In this document: positions 8,868-18,138 of the stretch, piece after piece
Position numbering within the stretch: position 1 is the stretch's first letter
How the letters are laid out: every line of letters begins with the position of its first letter
From: a virus
Lineage: Duplodnaviria; Caudoviricetes
Direction: 5' to 3' (one strand)
DNA: 64,000 bases
Virus record (IMG/VR): IMGVR_UViG_3300047157_000186
Notes under the pieces: model-generated
Database searches by the model: none
Seen by the model: only the letters and a program-made list of their open reading frames with translations
Told to the model about the DNA's origin: nothing
Program-made: the position numbers and the translations under genes

Positions 8868-9563
8868 ATGGACAAAAAAATATTATCATTCGAAGAGTAT
8901 GCTGCTAATAAAAATCTAGCAAATACTGACAAATTGGCTGAAGACGAAATCGAAATCAAAGTAGACGGAGAGTATGAAATCGAAGTAGAAAAAGAAGACG
9001 AAGACGAAAAAGAAGCGGAAACTGAAGAAACTGAAGAAAAAGTTGAAGAGGCTGAAGAGGTTGATGAAGATTTTGAAAAAAAATTCAATTCGGCAATGGA
9101 TTCTGTGGATGATGTTCGTACAGAAATTGAAATGACATTAGAAGACACACCTCAGTTAAAATCATTCTATACAGTAGATGCCCAATTAGATAAAGCACTA
9201 GGAAGTTATAGAAAAAAAATTAAGCGTATATTAAGTGCAGTTTCGGAATCAACTAATGAAGCAGAAGAAACTGAAGAGGTTGCAAAAGCGGTTTCAGAAA
9301 TGATGACAGAGGCATATGAATCTGCCGTCAAAGAAGCATGTGAATATGACAAAGATGACTATCCTGACCACACTGTAGAATCATACCTTAAAGAAAACGC
9401 AACATTAGCTGCAACATTAGTTGCTCAATCAGCAGAAGATGCGAACGCTGAGATACATGGAGAAGGACTTACTAAAGAAATGTACGAAGCATGTCTAAAC
9501 GGTATTAAAGAAGCTTATAATAAAAAGATTGATGAGCTTAAAGAAATGTACGAAGCAAAATAA
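8868..9563 (+). CDS. highly acidic putative prohead core/scaffold-like protein
   Basis: Very Glu-rich and helical; leader MDKKILSFEEY. Confidence 0.5.
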   Translation: MDKKILSFEEYAANKNLANTDKLAEDEIEIKVDGEYEIEVEKEDEDEKEAETEETEEKVEEAEEVDEDFEKKFNSAMDSVDDVRTEIEMTLEDTPQLKSFYTVDAQLDKALGSYRKKIKRILSAVSESTNEAEETEEVAKAVSEMMTEAYESAVKEACEYDKDDYPDHTVESYLKENATLAATLVAQSAEDANAEIHGEGLTKEMYEACLNGIKEAYNKKIDELKEMYEAK

Positions 9564-9579
9564 TCCAAGTATCATCGGA

Positions 9580-9608
9580 TTAAACTTTTTAAAGGGTTCA
9601 TGTATAAT
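9580..9608 (+). promoter_or_regulatory. putative early/middle promoter TTAAAC-N17-TATAAT
   Basis: Same 17-nt spacing as the TGAAAC-N17-TATAA(T/G) elements at 54520 and 54744. Confidence 0.5.
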
Positions 9609-9610
9609 AC

Positions 9611-10144
9611 ATGGACCCTTTTTATTTAAGAGACAATATGCCTAGAATTCCAGTAGAATTAATATACATGCAAATGGCTTACCAAATAGCCAAATTATCT
9701 TACGCTAAACGTAGACGCGTTGGATGTATTATTGTAAAAGATACTCAGATTATATCAACGGGTTACAATGGTACGCCATATGACTTTGATAATGACTGTG
9801 AAGAGGAACAAATCAGATATGTAGACAATCCTGATCATATGCAAATTCTAATAGAGAAGGGATATGAATGTGAAGGTGTTTGTTGTTCTAAAGAGGTAAC
9901 TAAACGAGAAGTATTGCATGCAGAATCAAATGCGTTGGCAAAAATCAGTAAATCTACACTTTCTTCTGAGGGTGCAGATATGTACGTGACCACATGTCCA
10001 TGCTTTGACTGCGCAAAATTAATTATTCAATCAGGTATTAAGCGAGTATTTTATTCAGAAGACTATAGAGATATGGGCGGAGTAGAATTATTAAAGAAAG
10101 CTGGTATCGAAGTAAATGAAGTTATATGTTGGAACGATCTATAG
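9611..10144 (+). CDS. cd: dCMP deaminase (true start may be ATG 9638)
   Basis: AKLSYAKRRRVGCIIVKD..IISTGYNG, HAESNA and PCFDCAK zinc motifs. Confidence 0.92.
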   Translation: MDPFYLRDNMPRIPVELIYMQMAYQIAKLSYAKRRRVGCIIVKDTQIISTGYNGTPYDFDNDCEEEQIRYVDNPDHMQILIEKGYECEGVCCSKEVTKREVLHAESNALAKISKSTLSSEGADMYVTTCPCFDCAKLIIQSGIKRVFYSEDYRDMGGVELLKKAGIEVNEVICWNDL

Positions 10145-11856
10145 ATCAAATTATTCAAAAAACATTAGACGAAAATGTATTTGGAGAATCTTTTACATTT
10201 AGAAAAGGACAAAGAGAAATTGTTACTAAGATATGTGAAACATATTTAGAGGATCCAAAATCAACATTAGTCATTGATGCACCCACTGGTGCTGGTAAAT
10301 CACTTATAGCTATGTGGTCAGCACATGTATTAAAAGAACTTGGTAATAGAGGCTATATGGTAACTAGTGACCTGAGTCTCCAGGATCAATATGAGTCTGA
10401 CTTTTATAAATATGGATTACGATGGCCATCAATTAAGGGAGTTGATAATTATGAATGTTCTGTTAATGGTCTGCCATTTTCCCTCGGAGATTGTAAACTA
10501 AAAGGAATGGGATATGAACAAGCAGAATCTTTATCATGTTATGGATCATGTGAATATCTTCAAAATAGACGAAGAGCGATAGATCAACCTATCTCTTTAT
10601 TAAATTATTCTTTTTGGTTAATTCAAAGAAATTATGTTGAGGCCAAAATGGAACAAGAAGAAAGAACAGTGCCATTTGAACAACGTGATTTTGTTTTCTT
10701 TGACGAAGCACATAGAGTTGACGATATAGTTCAAAGTCATTTTAGCCCTAGAATAGATCAAACTATTGTAGACAAAATGGTAACTTTAAATAGATTTGCA
10801 AGTAAGCAAGGATTTCAAGAAGCCACATATACAAAAAATAAAATACAACATCTTGTAAATGAAATGATGTCAGGTGACAAACATGATGTGTTTTCGGCTA
10901 TGAGTGAATTTGAAAGAATATTGCACGGTTTTGGTAAAGTCAGAAAGATTGCTAATAAATTAGCTAAAAGAAGATACGGAAATACTGGAGTACCAAAAGA
11001 TTGGCAAACTTCATTTGGACATTTTGATAGACTTAAGGACGTTCATTGTAAAGTTGAAGATTATTTAAGTTTGATCAAAGAAGTTGGAATTGATAAAATG
11101 GTTTTAGATCAAAACGAACATGAAGCAAAATTCATGTGTGTAGAAGAAAGTTTAATGATTAATAAATATCTACATGAGAAGGCTGACTTTAAAGTTTTTA
11201 TGAGTGCAACTATTGGAGATCCTAAGGCATTTGTTAAGATAATGGGAATTAAGAACGCTAAGTTTATCAGAATGGACAATGTGTTTAATTATGATAAATC
11301 TCCTATTGTATTTGTTAATAGACATAAGCTTTCGTTTAGAGAAAGAGAAAAAAGTTTACCTAAAGTTGTAGAAATCTTAGATCAGATTATATCTAAACAT
11401 AAAGGTCAGCGTGGTGTTATACATACTGGATCTTATGCATTTACTAATTTTATAAAACAAAATTCTAAACATACATTTAGACTTATGGATTATGAAAACT
11501 CCAAAGAGAAATCGGTAATGTTAGATTTGTTTAAAAAGAAAGAAGGTGCTGTATTGATGGGACCTTCGTTATTAGAAGGTTTAGATTTAAAGGATGATAT
11601 AAGTAGATTTCAAATATTCTTTAAAGTTCCATACCCATCATTAGGTGATCCTTTAATTAAAGCTAAAATGCAAACGTCAAATGAGTGGTACGATTGGAAA
11701 ACTGGAATTAGCATTATGCAAGGTGTTGGAAGATCTGTAAGAAATGAAAATGATTGGGCAGTGACTTATGTTTTAGATGCATGCTTCAGAAGTTTGATAT
11801 ATAAACCAGGATTCTTCCCTCCAAGTTTCACAGAGAGGGTTAAGACTATAAAATAA
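10126..11856 (+). CDS. DinG/Rad3-like SF2 helicase
   Basis: Walker A DAPTGAGKS, DEAH, MSAT, EGLD, KVPYP and QGVGRSVR motifs. Confidence 0.88.
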   Translation: MLERSIDQIIQKTLDENVFGESFTFRKGQREIVTKICETYLEDPKSTLVIDAPTGAGKSLIAMWSAHVLKELGNRGYMVTSDLSLQDQYESDFYKYGLRWPSIKGVDNYECSVNGLPFSLGDCKLKGMGYEQAESLSCYGSCEYLQNRRRAIDQPISLLNYSFWLIQRNYVEAKMEQEERTVPFEQRDFVFFDEAHRVDDIVQSHFSPRIDQTIVDKMVTLNRFASKQGFQEATYTKNKIQHLVNEMMSGDKHDVFSAMSEFERILHGFGKVRKIANKLAKRRYGNTGVPKDWQTSFGHFDRLKDVHCKVEDYLSLIKEVGIDKMVLDQNEHEAKFMCVEESLMINKYLHEKADFKVFMSATIGDPKAFVKIMGIKNAKFIRMDNVFNYDKSPIVFVNRHKLSFREREKSLPKVVEILDQIISKHKGQRGVIHTGSYAFTNFIKQNSKHTFRLMDYENSKEKSVMLDLFKKKEGAVLMGPSLLEGLDLKDDISRFQIFFKVPYPSLGDPLIKAKMQTSNEWYDWKTGISIMQGVGRSVRNENDWAVTYVLDACFRSLIYKPGFFPPSFTERVKTIK

Positions 11857-11867
11857 AATCTATTATT

Positions 11868-12788
11868 ATGAAAAAACTACTTGCAATTATCTCGTTAATT
11901 ATGTTATCATCATGCGGAGCCAGTTGGCAATTGTCTACGCTTAACCATGATCCAATATATGAAGACGAAAATTATATAGTGGTTTCAGATGATGTTAAGA
12001 TAGACACATTAAGTGAATTTCAGTTTAGAAATAAATTAAGAACAGATATAGGTTTTAGATTGGACTTTGCACGATATGCTTTGAGTCAACCGAGATCGTT
12101 TGATTGGAATAATAGATTACTAGGAAGGCGATATGATTCTAGATGGAATAACTATTATTGGAGTTGGAATAGAGATCAGATGTGGAATGATTGGGCTTGG
12201 GGTTATACAGGCTGGAATTCTTGGGGCTCTCCTCATAGATGGTCACCATTTGGATATGATAGATGGGGCTATGGAGTCTACTATGGTTGGAATAATCACG
12301 GTTGGGGATATAACAACTGGATGGGCAATGTTCATTATGGAAATGGTTACTATAATAACTGGGGCTGGAACAATGGGTTCTATAGTAGATATAGAGGTAC
12401 TAACGTGCCATACTATAGAAATAGATCAAATACGGTACGTGTTAATGGTCGAAGAGGTTCAATTAGTAATGAAGTAGTTAATAATAGAAGAGTTAGAACT
12501 AATACCAGAGTCAATACTAACACTAATACTAGGACTAATACAAAACCTAGAGTATATCTAAATCAAAACACACCAGTTAATAACAATACAAAACCTAGGG
12601 TTATTAGAGAGAAGCCGAGAGTACCAGTTATTAGAAACAATAATACAAGACCTAGGAATAATACAAGGCCAGTAATTAGAAACAATAACACAAGACCTAC
12701 ATATAACAATAACACAAGACCCACGAATAATTCTAGACCAACTACGACAACTAGAAAAAGTGGATCTAATACTAGAAGAGGTAACTAA
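11868..12788 (+). CDS. predicted lipoprotein with W/G/Y/N-rich and NNNTRP-repeat low-complexity regions
   Basis: Signal peptide II MKKLLAIISLIMLSS-C; aromatic/Gly/Asn-rich middle; basic repeat tail. Confidence 0.7.
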   Translation: MKKLLAIISLIMLSSCGASWQLSTLNHDPIYEDENYIVVSDDVKIDTLSEFQFRNKLRTDIGFRLDFARYALSQPRSFDWNNRLLGRRYDSRWNNYYWSWNRDQMWNDWAWGYTGWNSWGSPHRWSPFGYDRWGYGVYYGWNNHGWGYNNWMGNVHYGNGYYNNWGWNNGFYSRYRGTNVPYYRNRSNTVRVNGRRGSISNEVVNNRRVRTNTRVNTNTNTRTNTKPRVYLNQNTPVNNNTKPRVIREKPRVPVIRNNNTRPRNNTRPVIRNNNTRPTYNNNTRPTNNSRPTTTTRKSGSNTRRGN

Positions 12789-12798
12789 AATAAAATAA

Positions 12799-13029
12799 AT
12801 GGGATTTAACAAATTATGGCTTCCTGAAGTAGAAAGCCTACAAGAACAACTAGAAAAATTAGGTGAAATAGAATTTGGTAAACATTGGCTGAGACGATTT
12901 CAAAAGTCTGATGCCACTATTGGATCAAACGAATCACATATATTTATTAAACCTTTTACAGATTTCGCATATAATGAATACAAACAAATATTTGTAAAAA
13001 ATGAAATGGATACAGATATTAATAAATAA
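12799..13029 (+). CDS. hypothetical protein
   Basis: 76-aa ORF in a packed operon. Confidence 0.6.
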   Translation: MGFNKLWLPEVESLQEQLEKLGEIEFGKHWLRRFQKSDATIGSNESHIFIKPFTDFAYNEYKQIFVKNEMDTDINK

Positions 13030-13033
13030 AATC

Positions 13034-13633
13034 ATGAGTAAAAAAGAGACGAATCAATTTTATGTTTGGGTTAAATCAGAAAGATCAGGTGAAGTTGTAG
13101 AGATATCTGAAATTCAAACAGATAAACAGTGGTTAGAATTTACAGATGGTACTAGATGTAACATAAATGTTGTTACAGAATTTCTACTCCCGGCTTCTGA
13201 TATAGATCAAGCACATCAAATAGCAAAAGATTTTGGTGGAATTGTATCTGAAAACACAGAATCTGCAAGACCAGTAAGACCAAAAAGAGATGCAGAACCT
13301 GAAGCTGCAAGACCAGTAAGACCAAAAAGAGATGCAGAACCAGCAGCTGAGGTTAATGTAATGCAAGAGATGCTCAAAAAAATGAGTGCAAAAAACAAAG
13401 CTTCTATGCCTGTTAAAATTAATATTCCTTCTAAAGAAATATATGCATTGCTTAAAGATCAGATGGACATCACTAAAAAAGACTTGAATGGCCAAATTGG
13501 AGCGCTCGTAGAAGATCAGATAGATAACCTAAGAGAGCAGTTAAAAGAACAAATCGAATCATTTATTAATAATTATTATAATGGAAGAACAAACAACACA
13601 AGCACAAAAGACAGAGACGCAAGCGATTCCTAA
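13034..13633 (+). CDS. hypothetical protein with internal 14-aa duplication
   Basis: ATG 13034 is preferred over 13001; ARPVRPKRDAEP occurs twice. Confidence 0.65.
   Translation: MSKKETNQFYVWVKSERSGEVVEISEIQTDKQWLEFTDGTRCNINVVTEFLLPASDIDQAHQIAKDFGGIVSENTESARPVRPKRDAEPEAARPVRPKRDAEPAAEVNVMQEMLKKMSAKNKASMPVKINIPSKEIYALLKDQMDITKKDLNGQIGALVEDQIDNLREQLKEQIESFINNYYNGRTNNTSTKDRDASDS
13263..13341 (+). repeat. 42-bp-period tandem duplication (2 copies)
   Basis: ctgcaagaccagtaagaccaaaaagagatgcagaacc at 13263 and 13305. Confidence 0.9.
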
Positions 13634-13994
13634 TCGTAGAGAGCGTAGATACAGATTAAAACAACAAGGTGTATTAAAATATCTTAGTAAAAAGAATTTC
13701 TTAGATCCTATTCGTGCAAACTTCAGAGCTGAAAATATGAAAACTGGAGAAAAGATTCAATCTATAAGAAGGGAAGCTATAGATAAACAACTAGAAGCTG
13801 ACTTCATGATTAAATTAGAAAGCATGAAAGAAACATGGTATGAAATTGGATATAACTCTAAAGAAATTGAATTATTAGAAGAGGCTGCAGCTATTCACTT
13901 TGCAAAAGATAAATCTACTTGGAAAGATGATAAAAAAGAAGCAAAAGAATTAAGAAAAAAAGCTAAAGATTCTTTAGCATCTAGAAAACAATAA
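13581..13994 (+). CDS. hypothetical protein
   Basis: 137-aa charged helical ORF. Confidence 0.65.
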   Translation: MEEQTTQAQKTETQAIPNRRERRYRLKQQGVLKYLSKKNFLDPIRANFRAENMKTGEKIQSIRREAIDKQLEADFMIKLESMKETWYEIGYNSKEIELLEEAAAIHFAKDKSTWKDDKKEAKELRKKAKDSLASRKQ

Positions 13995-13997
13995 TAT

Positions 13998-14321
13998 ATG
14001 TTAAGTATTGGTATTGAGCCCGCAGATAATGGTGTAATAAAAACACTAGTAGATGATAACATCAATGGAGGTGGAGAAGACTTTGAGGCTCGTCAAGTTT
14101 ATGAATTTGAAGGGCCAATGAAAAGATCAAATCAAGTTAAGTTTTTAAAAGATTTAATATTTGATTTAGGAATGGACGTAGGAACTGAATTAGACAATGA
14201 TCTTCTTCAGATATATGTCGGATGGGGTGCACAACACATAAGTACGTCTGACAACGAAATTAAAAATAAAATCCAAATCTTAGAGAAAGAAATCAAAAGA
14301 CTTGGATCCATGTTAAAATAA
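13998..14321 (+). CDS. hypothetical protein
   Basis: 107-aa ORF with stop/start coupling. Confidence 0.65.
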   Translation: MLSIGIEPADNGVIKTLVDDNINGGGEDFEARQVYEFEGPMKRSNQVKFLKDLIFDLGMDVGTELDNDLLQIYVGWGAQHISTSDNEIKNKIQILEKEIKRLGSMLK

Positions 14322-14734
14322 TGAATGTAAAAATAGAAGGAGTTTGGTGTAAAACAAGGACAGAGTTTGATAAGTTGTCTAAAAAAGGTGACTATGATTT
14401 GTCAGTGTCTTATTATGATATATTTAATCGTTTGATTAAAAGTGATCCTAATAATGCCGAGCCTTCTAATATTATTATTTCTATATACATTAGAAAAAGT
14501 ATTCAAAAGGTTTTATGGGATTTAGATGAAAAAGAAGAACGCGATGATGTTAAAATTCTTTACATGTTTAAATCCTTAAGTGCAGATACCGTTAATGGTT
14601 TCAGAGACTTTATTAACTCTATGGTTGAAGAAGATTGTGAATTAGATTTACTTGTGGTTAATAGATGCGACTTTCCAAAAACAGGCGTCTTAAGTAAATT
14701 TGACAATGTTCGATTCATAGATAACAATGATTAA
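14321..14734 (+). CDS. hypothetical protein
   Basis: 137-aa ORF with coupled start. Confidence 0.65.
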   Translation: MNVKIEGVWCKTRTEFDKLSKKGDYDLSVSYYDIFNRLIKSDPNNAEPSNIIISIYIRKSIQKVLWDLDEKEERDDVKILYMFKSLSADTVNGFRDFINSMVEEDCELDLLVVNRCDFPKTGVLSKFDNVRFIDNND

Positions 14735-15326
14735 ACACAAACTCTTTTCTAAGGGTGATCAGATTCATGCCCTTATTTCTACTACACAGCAACCTAACTT
14801 ATTAATTCCTGTTAGGGCTACAATTTATGATGTTAAGTTTGATGACGTAAATCCTCAATATCAACTTAGAATTAAAAAGTTCTATGATCCAGTATATTTC
14901 TTAAAAAAGAATCTTTTTGGTGGACGATTTATTAAAAACTTTGAGGGAAAGGACACTAAAATAAATTTAAAAAGAGGTTTATATTCTACAGTTGCAGATA
15001 TTGAGAACAATATATTCAATGGTGCCAAATGGAAACAATATATGATTGTAGTAGACTCTGTGTTCTGTACGAGAACTCGGGTTGAACAAGAAAATCTTTT
15101 TAATAGAATACAAACCTTCCATGTTGAGATGAAACTGAAAGAGTTATATGAGCTAGTAAATAGATCTTCATATAGAAACGGTGAATTTTATTGGCACACA
15201 AAGGGTGAATACGTAAAATCTTTACAAAAATTTTTAGGAGATAAATATCCTAAAGATGACAAATGGTCTGATAATCTACTATATAGACCTGATACCGATG
15301 AGATGGACAACGTTGAATGGGTATAA
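14727..15326 (+). CDS. hypothetical protein
   Basis: 199-aa ORF overlapping the upstream stop. Confidence 0.65.
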   Translation: MIKHKLFSKGDQIHALISTTQQPNLLIPVRATIYDVKFDDVNPQYQLRIKKFYDPVYFLKKNLFGGRFIKNFEGKDTKINLKRGLYSTVADIENNIFNGAKWKQYMIVVDSVFCTRTRVEQENLFNRIQTFHVEMKLKELYELVNRSSYRNGEFYWHTKGEYVKSLQKFLGDKYPKDDKWSDNLLYRPDTDEMDNVEWV

Positions 15327-15351
15327 ATATATTATCCTACTATAATACGTA

Positions 15352-15360
15352 GATATATAT
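15352..15360 (+). promoter_or_regulatory. putative late promoter motif GATATATAT
   Basis: Intergenic copy upstream of the baseplate cluster (ATG 15381). Confidence 0.5.
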
Positions 15361-15380
15361 AAAAAAAGAAATTCATATTT

Positions 15381-17225
15381 ATGTCTGGAATTGGTAATGA
15401 TGCAAATTTTATTTTTAAGAAGGTTTTAAACGTTGTTGATAAAACCACAGGTTTAGAAGTATCTGAATATTTTTATGATGATACTGTAAATGGAAGAGAA
15501 GTTATAACTAGAACACCAAAATCCGGTGCTCTTGATTCTCCTAAACCATCGGCAGCAGACCAGAAAGGAACTGGAAAAACAACTTTAAGTCAAGAAAGTG
15601 TTTTTGGAGAAGCACAAAGCGGAAGTTCAATGTATCCTGAAAAAGGTGTAGATTCCAGAGCATATCCTATAAAATCCGTAGTGAGCGGTGAAAAAGGAGA
15701 CACATATGAAGACAAAGGTGAAACAGTTACTTTTGGAAAAGCTCCTCGAAGTTTATTTAATAATTGGACATTACATAGATATCAAAACAGGGTAGGTACA
15801 GTTTCAGAAGACTCTGGTACAGAATACAATGGTAAAACATATAATAAACCAGTAACTGCTGCATTAGCACAAAACTTACAAAAAAATCCAACAGCAAGAA
15901 ATATTGTAGAGTATTCACAGTCTGTTGGAGGTGCATGCTTCTCTTATAGTTATAGTGATTTTATTCAAATGGAACACTATGGTCAAATATCTAATGATTA
16001 TTTAGTTACACTTAGAAGATTTGCATATCCTGTAGGTGATGACTTATTAAGTCCTAAAACTGCAGGAACCAAAGGTAAAAAGGTAGATTCTTCTGCACCT
16101 GATTTGGCAAGAGCAGTGACGTGGTTATCTCCAGGTTTAGGTAATGATTTAAAAGAAATATTAAAATTCACAACAGGATATCAATGGAAAGAAGCTAAAT
16201 CAGAAATACAAGATGCACAATCAAGACAATCTGATAGAGGTGCAGCTGGAGCCGCAATTGATAATAGTAAATATGGAGCTGCGATTGAATCAGGATTAAA
16301 TGGTTTTACATCGGTTCAAGCTAAAAAACTTAGAAATGCAGGTAACGTAGATCACACTAAAGAAACTTACCCAAATAAAGTATTTGGACCTCTTAATATT
16401 ATAGATAAAGTTCTAGCTAGAGAAAAAGGACTTAAATTTGAACAAGAATTTAAATTATCATTTCATTATGACTTAAAGGCATATCCAGGTACTAGTCCAA
16501 AGGTTGCATTTATGGATACACTAGCCAACGTATTGGCACTTACATATAGTAACGCACCATTTTGGGGAGGAGCTACTAGATTTTCTGGATCTGGTGCAAC
16601 TGGAAAGCCATTCGGTGATACGGCTTTATTAGAGAAAGGTGATTATGCTGGTTATTTAGGTTCTATTGCTGACACTCTTGCAGGTATGGGTGGTAATTTT
16701 ATGGATCAACTTAAGAAAACTGCAAGTAATATTAAAAACGGTGAAGGTATTAATAAAATTCTAGGTGATTCTTCTATTCTTGAAAATATCGTAGGTGGAG
16801 GTTTAATGAAAATGATGGGAGGACCTAGTGGTGGTGATGTAATTAAAGCTTTTTTAACAGGTGATCCTACTGGAAACTGGCATGTGACTATAGGTAATCC
16901 AATGAATCCTATAATGGTATGCGGAAACTTATGTTTAGAAGATACTAATTTTTCATTTGAAGGACCACTCGGTTTTGAAGGATTTCCTACTAAACTGAAA
17001 GTTGAAACTACTTTAAAACCTGGAAGACCAAGAGATAAAACAGATATTGAATCTATGTTTAATGCTGGTCGAGGTAGAATGTATTTACAACCAGAATGGG
17101 GTGAAGGTGAAGGAATAGACATAGATGCAATGTTAAATGTGGATGCATATGGAGATAAATCTGGAAAAGGAAATCTTGCTAATAAACCATATATGAGTAG
17201 ATTATCTGATATGTCTGCTGGTTAA
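15381..17225 (+). CDS. putative baseplate/tail-tube-initiator structural protein
   Basis: First gene of the baseplate cluster, precedes a LysM/gp53-like gene; assignment mainly by position. Confidence 0.4.
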   Translation: MSGIGNDANFIFKKVLNVVDKTTGLEVSEYFYDDTVNGREVITRTPKSGALDSPKPSAADQKGTGKTTLSQESVFGEAQSGSSMYPEKGVDSRAYPIKSVVSGEKGDTYEDKGETVTFGKAPRSLFNNWTLHRYQNRVGTVSEDSGTEYNGKTYNKPVTAALAQNLQKNPTARNIVEYSQSVGGACFSYSYSDFIQMEHYGQISNDYLVTLRRFAYPVGDDLLSPKTAGTKGKKVDSSAPDLARAVTWLSPGLGNDLKEILKFTTGYQWKEAKSEIQDAQSRQSDRGAAGAAIDNSKYGAAIESGLNGFTSVQAKKLRNAGNVDHTKETYPNKVFGPLNIIDKVLAREKGLKFEQEFKLSFHYDLKAYPGTSPKVAFMDTLANVLALTYSNAPFWGGATRFSGSGATGKPFGDTALLEKGDYAGYLGSIADTLAGMGGNFMDQLKKTASNIKNGEGINKILGDSSILENIVGGGLMKMMGGPSGGDVIKAFLTGDPTGNWHVTIGNPMNPIMVCGNLCLEDTNFSFEGPLGFEGFPTKLKVETTLKPGRPRDKTDIESMFNAGRGRMYLQPEWGEGEGIDIDAMLNVDAYGDKSGKGNLANKPYMSRLSDMSAG

Positions 17226-17239
17226 AATAAACTAATAGG

Positions 17240-18130
17240 ATGGAATTTAAAATATTTGTAAATAAAAAAATAGGAGACGGTAAATTATTTTTAGCTCAAC
17301 CTACTATGCTGTTCGGAAGTTTAAATCCCGAAGATTATGTAATGGTTGCTAAACATATCGTTAAAGATGATGATTTAGTAAGACCTGATAGAATTGCTAC
17401 TGAACACTATGGTACTACTTCAGGATTAGACATTATATTAAAATTCAATGGTATTTCTGATCCTTTTTCTATTAACGTAGGTGAAGAACTTTGGATTCCT
17501 ATGGACACTATTCCTTATTTTAGATTAGAATCTCCACAAATGTATGAGGATAATCCTATTAAGAATCAGTTTATAAAAACTAAACGATTAAGTAAAACTG
17601 ATCAAAGAAGATTAAAGGCACTTAAAAAGAAATATAACAAAGAAAACTTATTGCCACCTAATGTTATTCCAGTTGGTAGAAAAAATTACGAGTTTGATGG
17701 TTCTAACATTAGATTTGGTATGGGACCACAAACGGATGCCGTAGTTGATTCTATATTATCTGATATTAGAAATCAAGATAAATTTGATAATTCTTCAGAT
17801 GAAGAAGCAACTGTAGCTGAGCTTATAATAGATGCAAATGACAATTCACAATTAACAAACAGTAGTGGAAACGGAAGCGGAAGTGGAAACGGAGGCGGAA
17901 GTGGAAAATTATATGAAGATCTTTTATCTGAAAATAGTGGAGTAGTTCAAACTGAACGTGGTAGTGGAACGGGTAGTGGAACAGCTAATGGAACAGGTAG
18001 TGGAAACGGAGGCGGAAGTGGAAGAACAGACACTGCTGATAATGTAGGTGGAGATGAACCCGATGGAACTGCACCTGGAAATGCTGACAACAATCCAACA
18101 AATAACCCAGACGCACCTTGCTCTAAATAA
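17240..18130 (+). CDS. LysM-like/gp53-like baseplate wedge protein with G/S/N-rich tail
   Basis: HIVKDDDLVRPDRIATEHYG....DIILKFNGISDPFSINVGEELWIP; GSGNGGGSG repeat at 17882-17906 and 17999-18023. Confidence 0.6.
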   Translation: MEFKIFVNKKIGDGKLFLAQPTMLFGSLNPEDYVMVAKHIVKDDDLVRPDRIATEHYGTTSGLDIILKFNGISDPFSINVGEELWIPMDTIPYFRLESPQMYEDNPIKNQFIKTKRLSKTDQRRLKALKKKYNKENLLPPNVIPVGRKNYEFDGSNIRFGMGPQTDAVVDSILSDIRNQDKFDNSSDEEATVAELIIDANDNSQLTNSSGNGSGSGNGGGSGKLYEDLLSENSGVVQTERGSGTGSGTANGTGSGNGGGSGRTDTADNVGGDEPDGTAPGNADNNPTNNPDAPCSK

Positions 18131-18138
18131 CATACTAT

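Noticed and set aside
9563-9590. Terminator after the acidic core-like gene
   Set aside because: Only a 6-bp weak stem with a 10-nt loop, and it overlaps a promoter-like element.
15322-15329. Canonical T4 late promoter TATAAATA
   Set aside because: Single copy overlapping a stop codon; the recurrent intergenic motif here is GATA(T/A)ATA.
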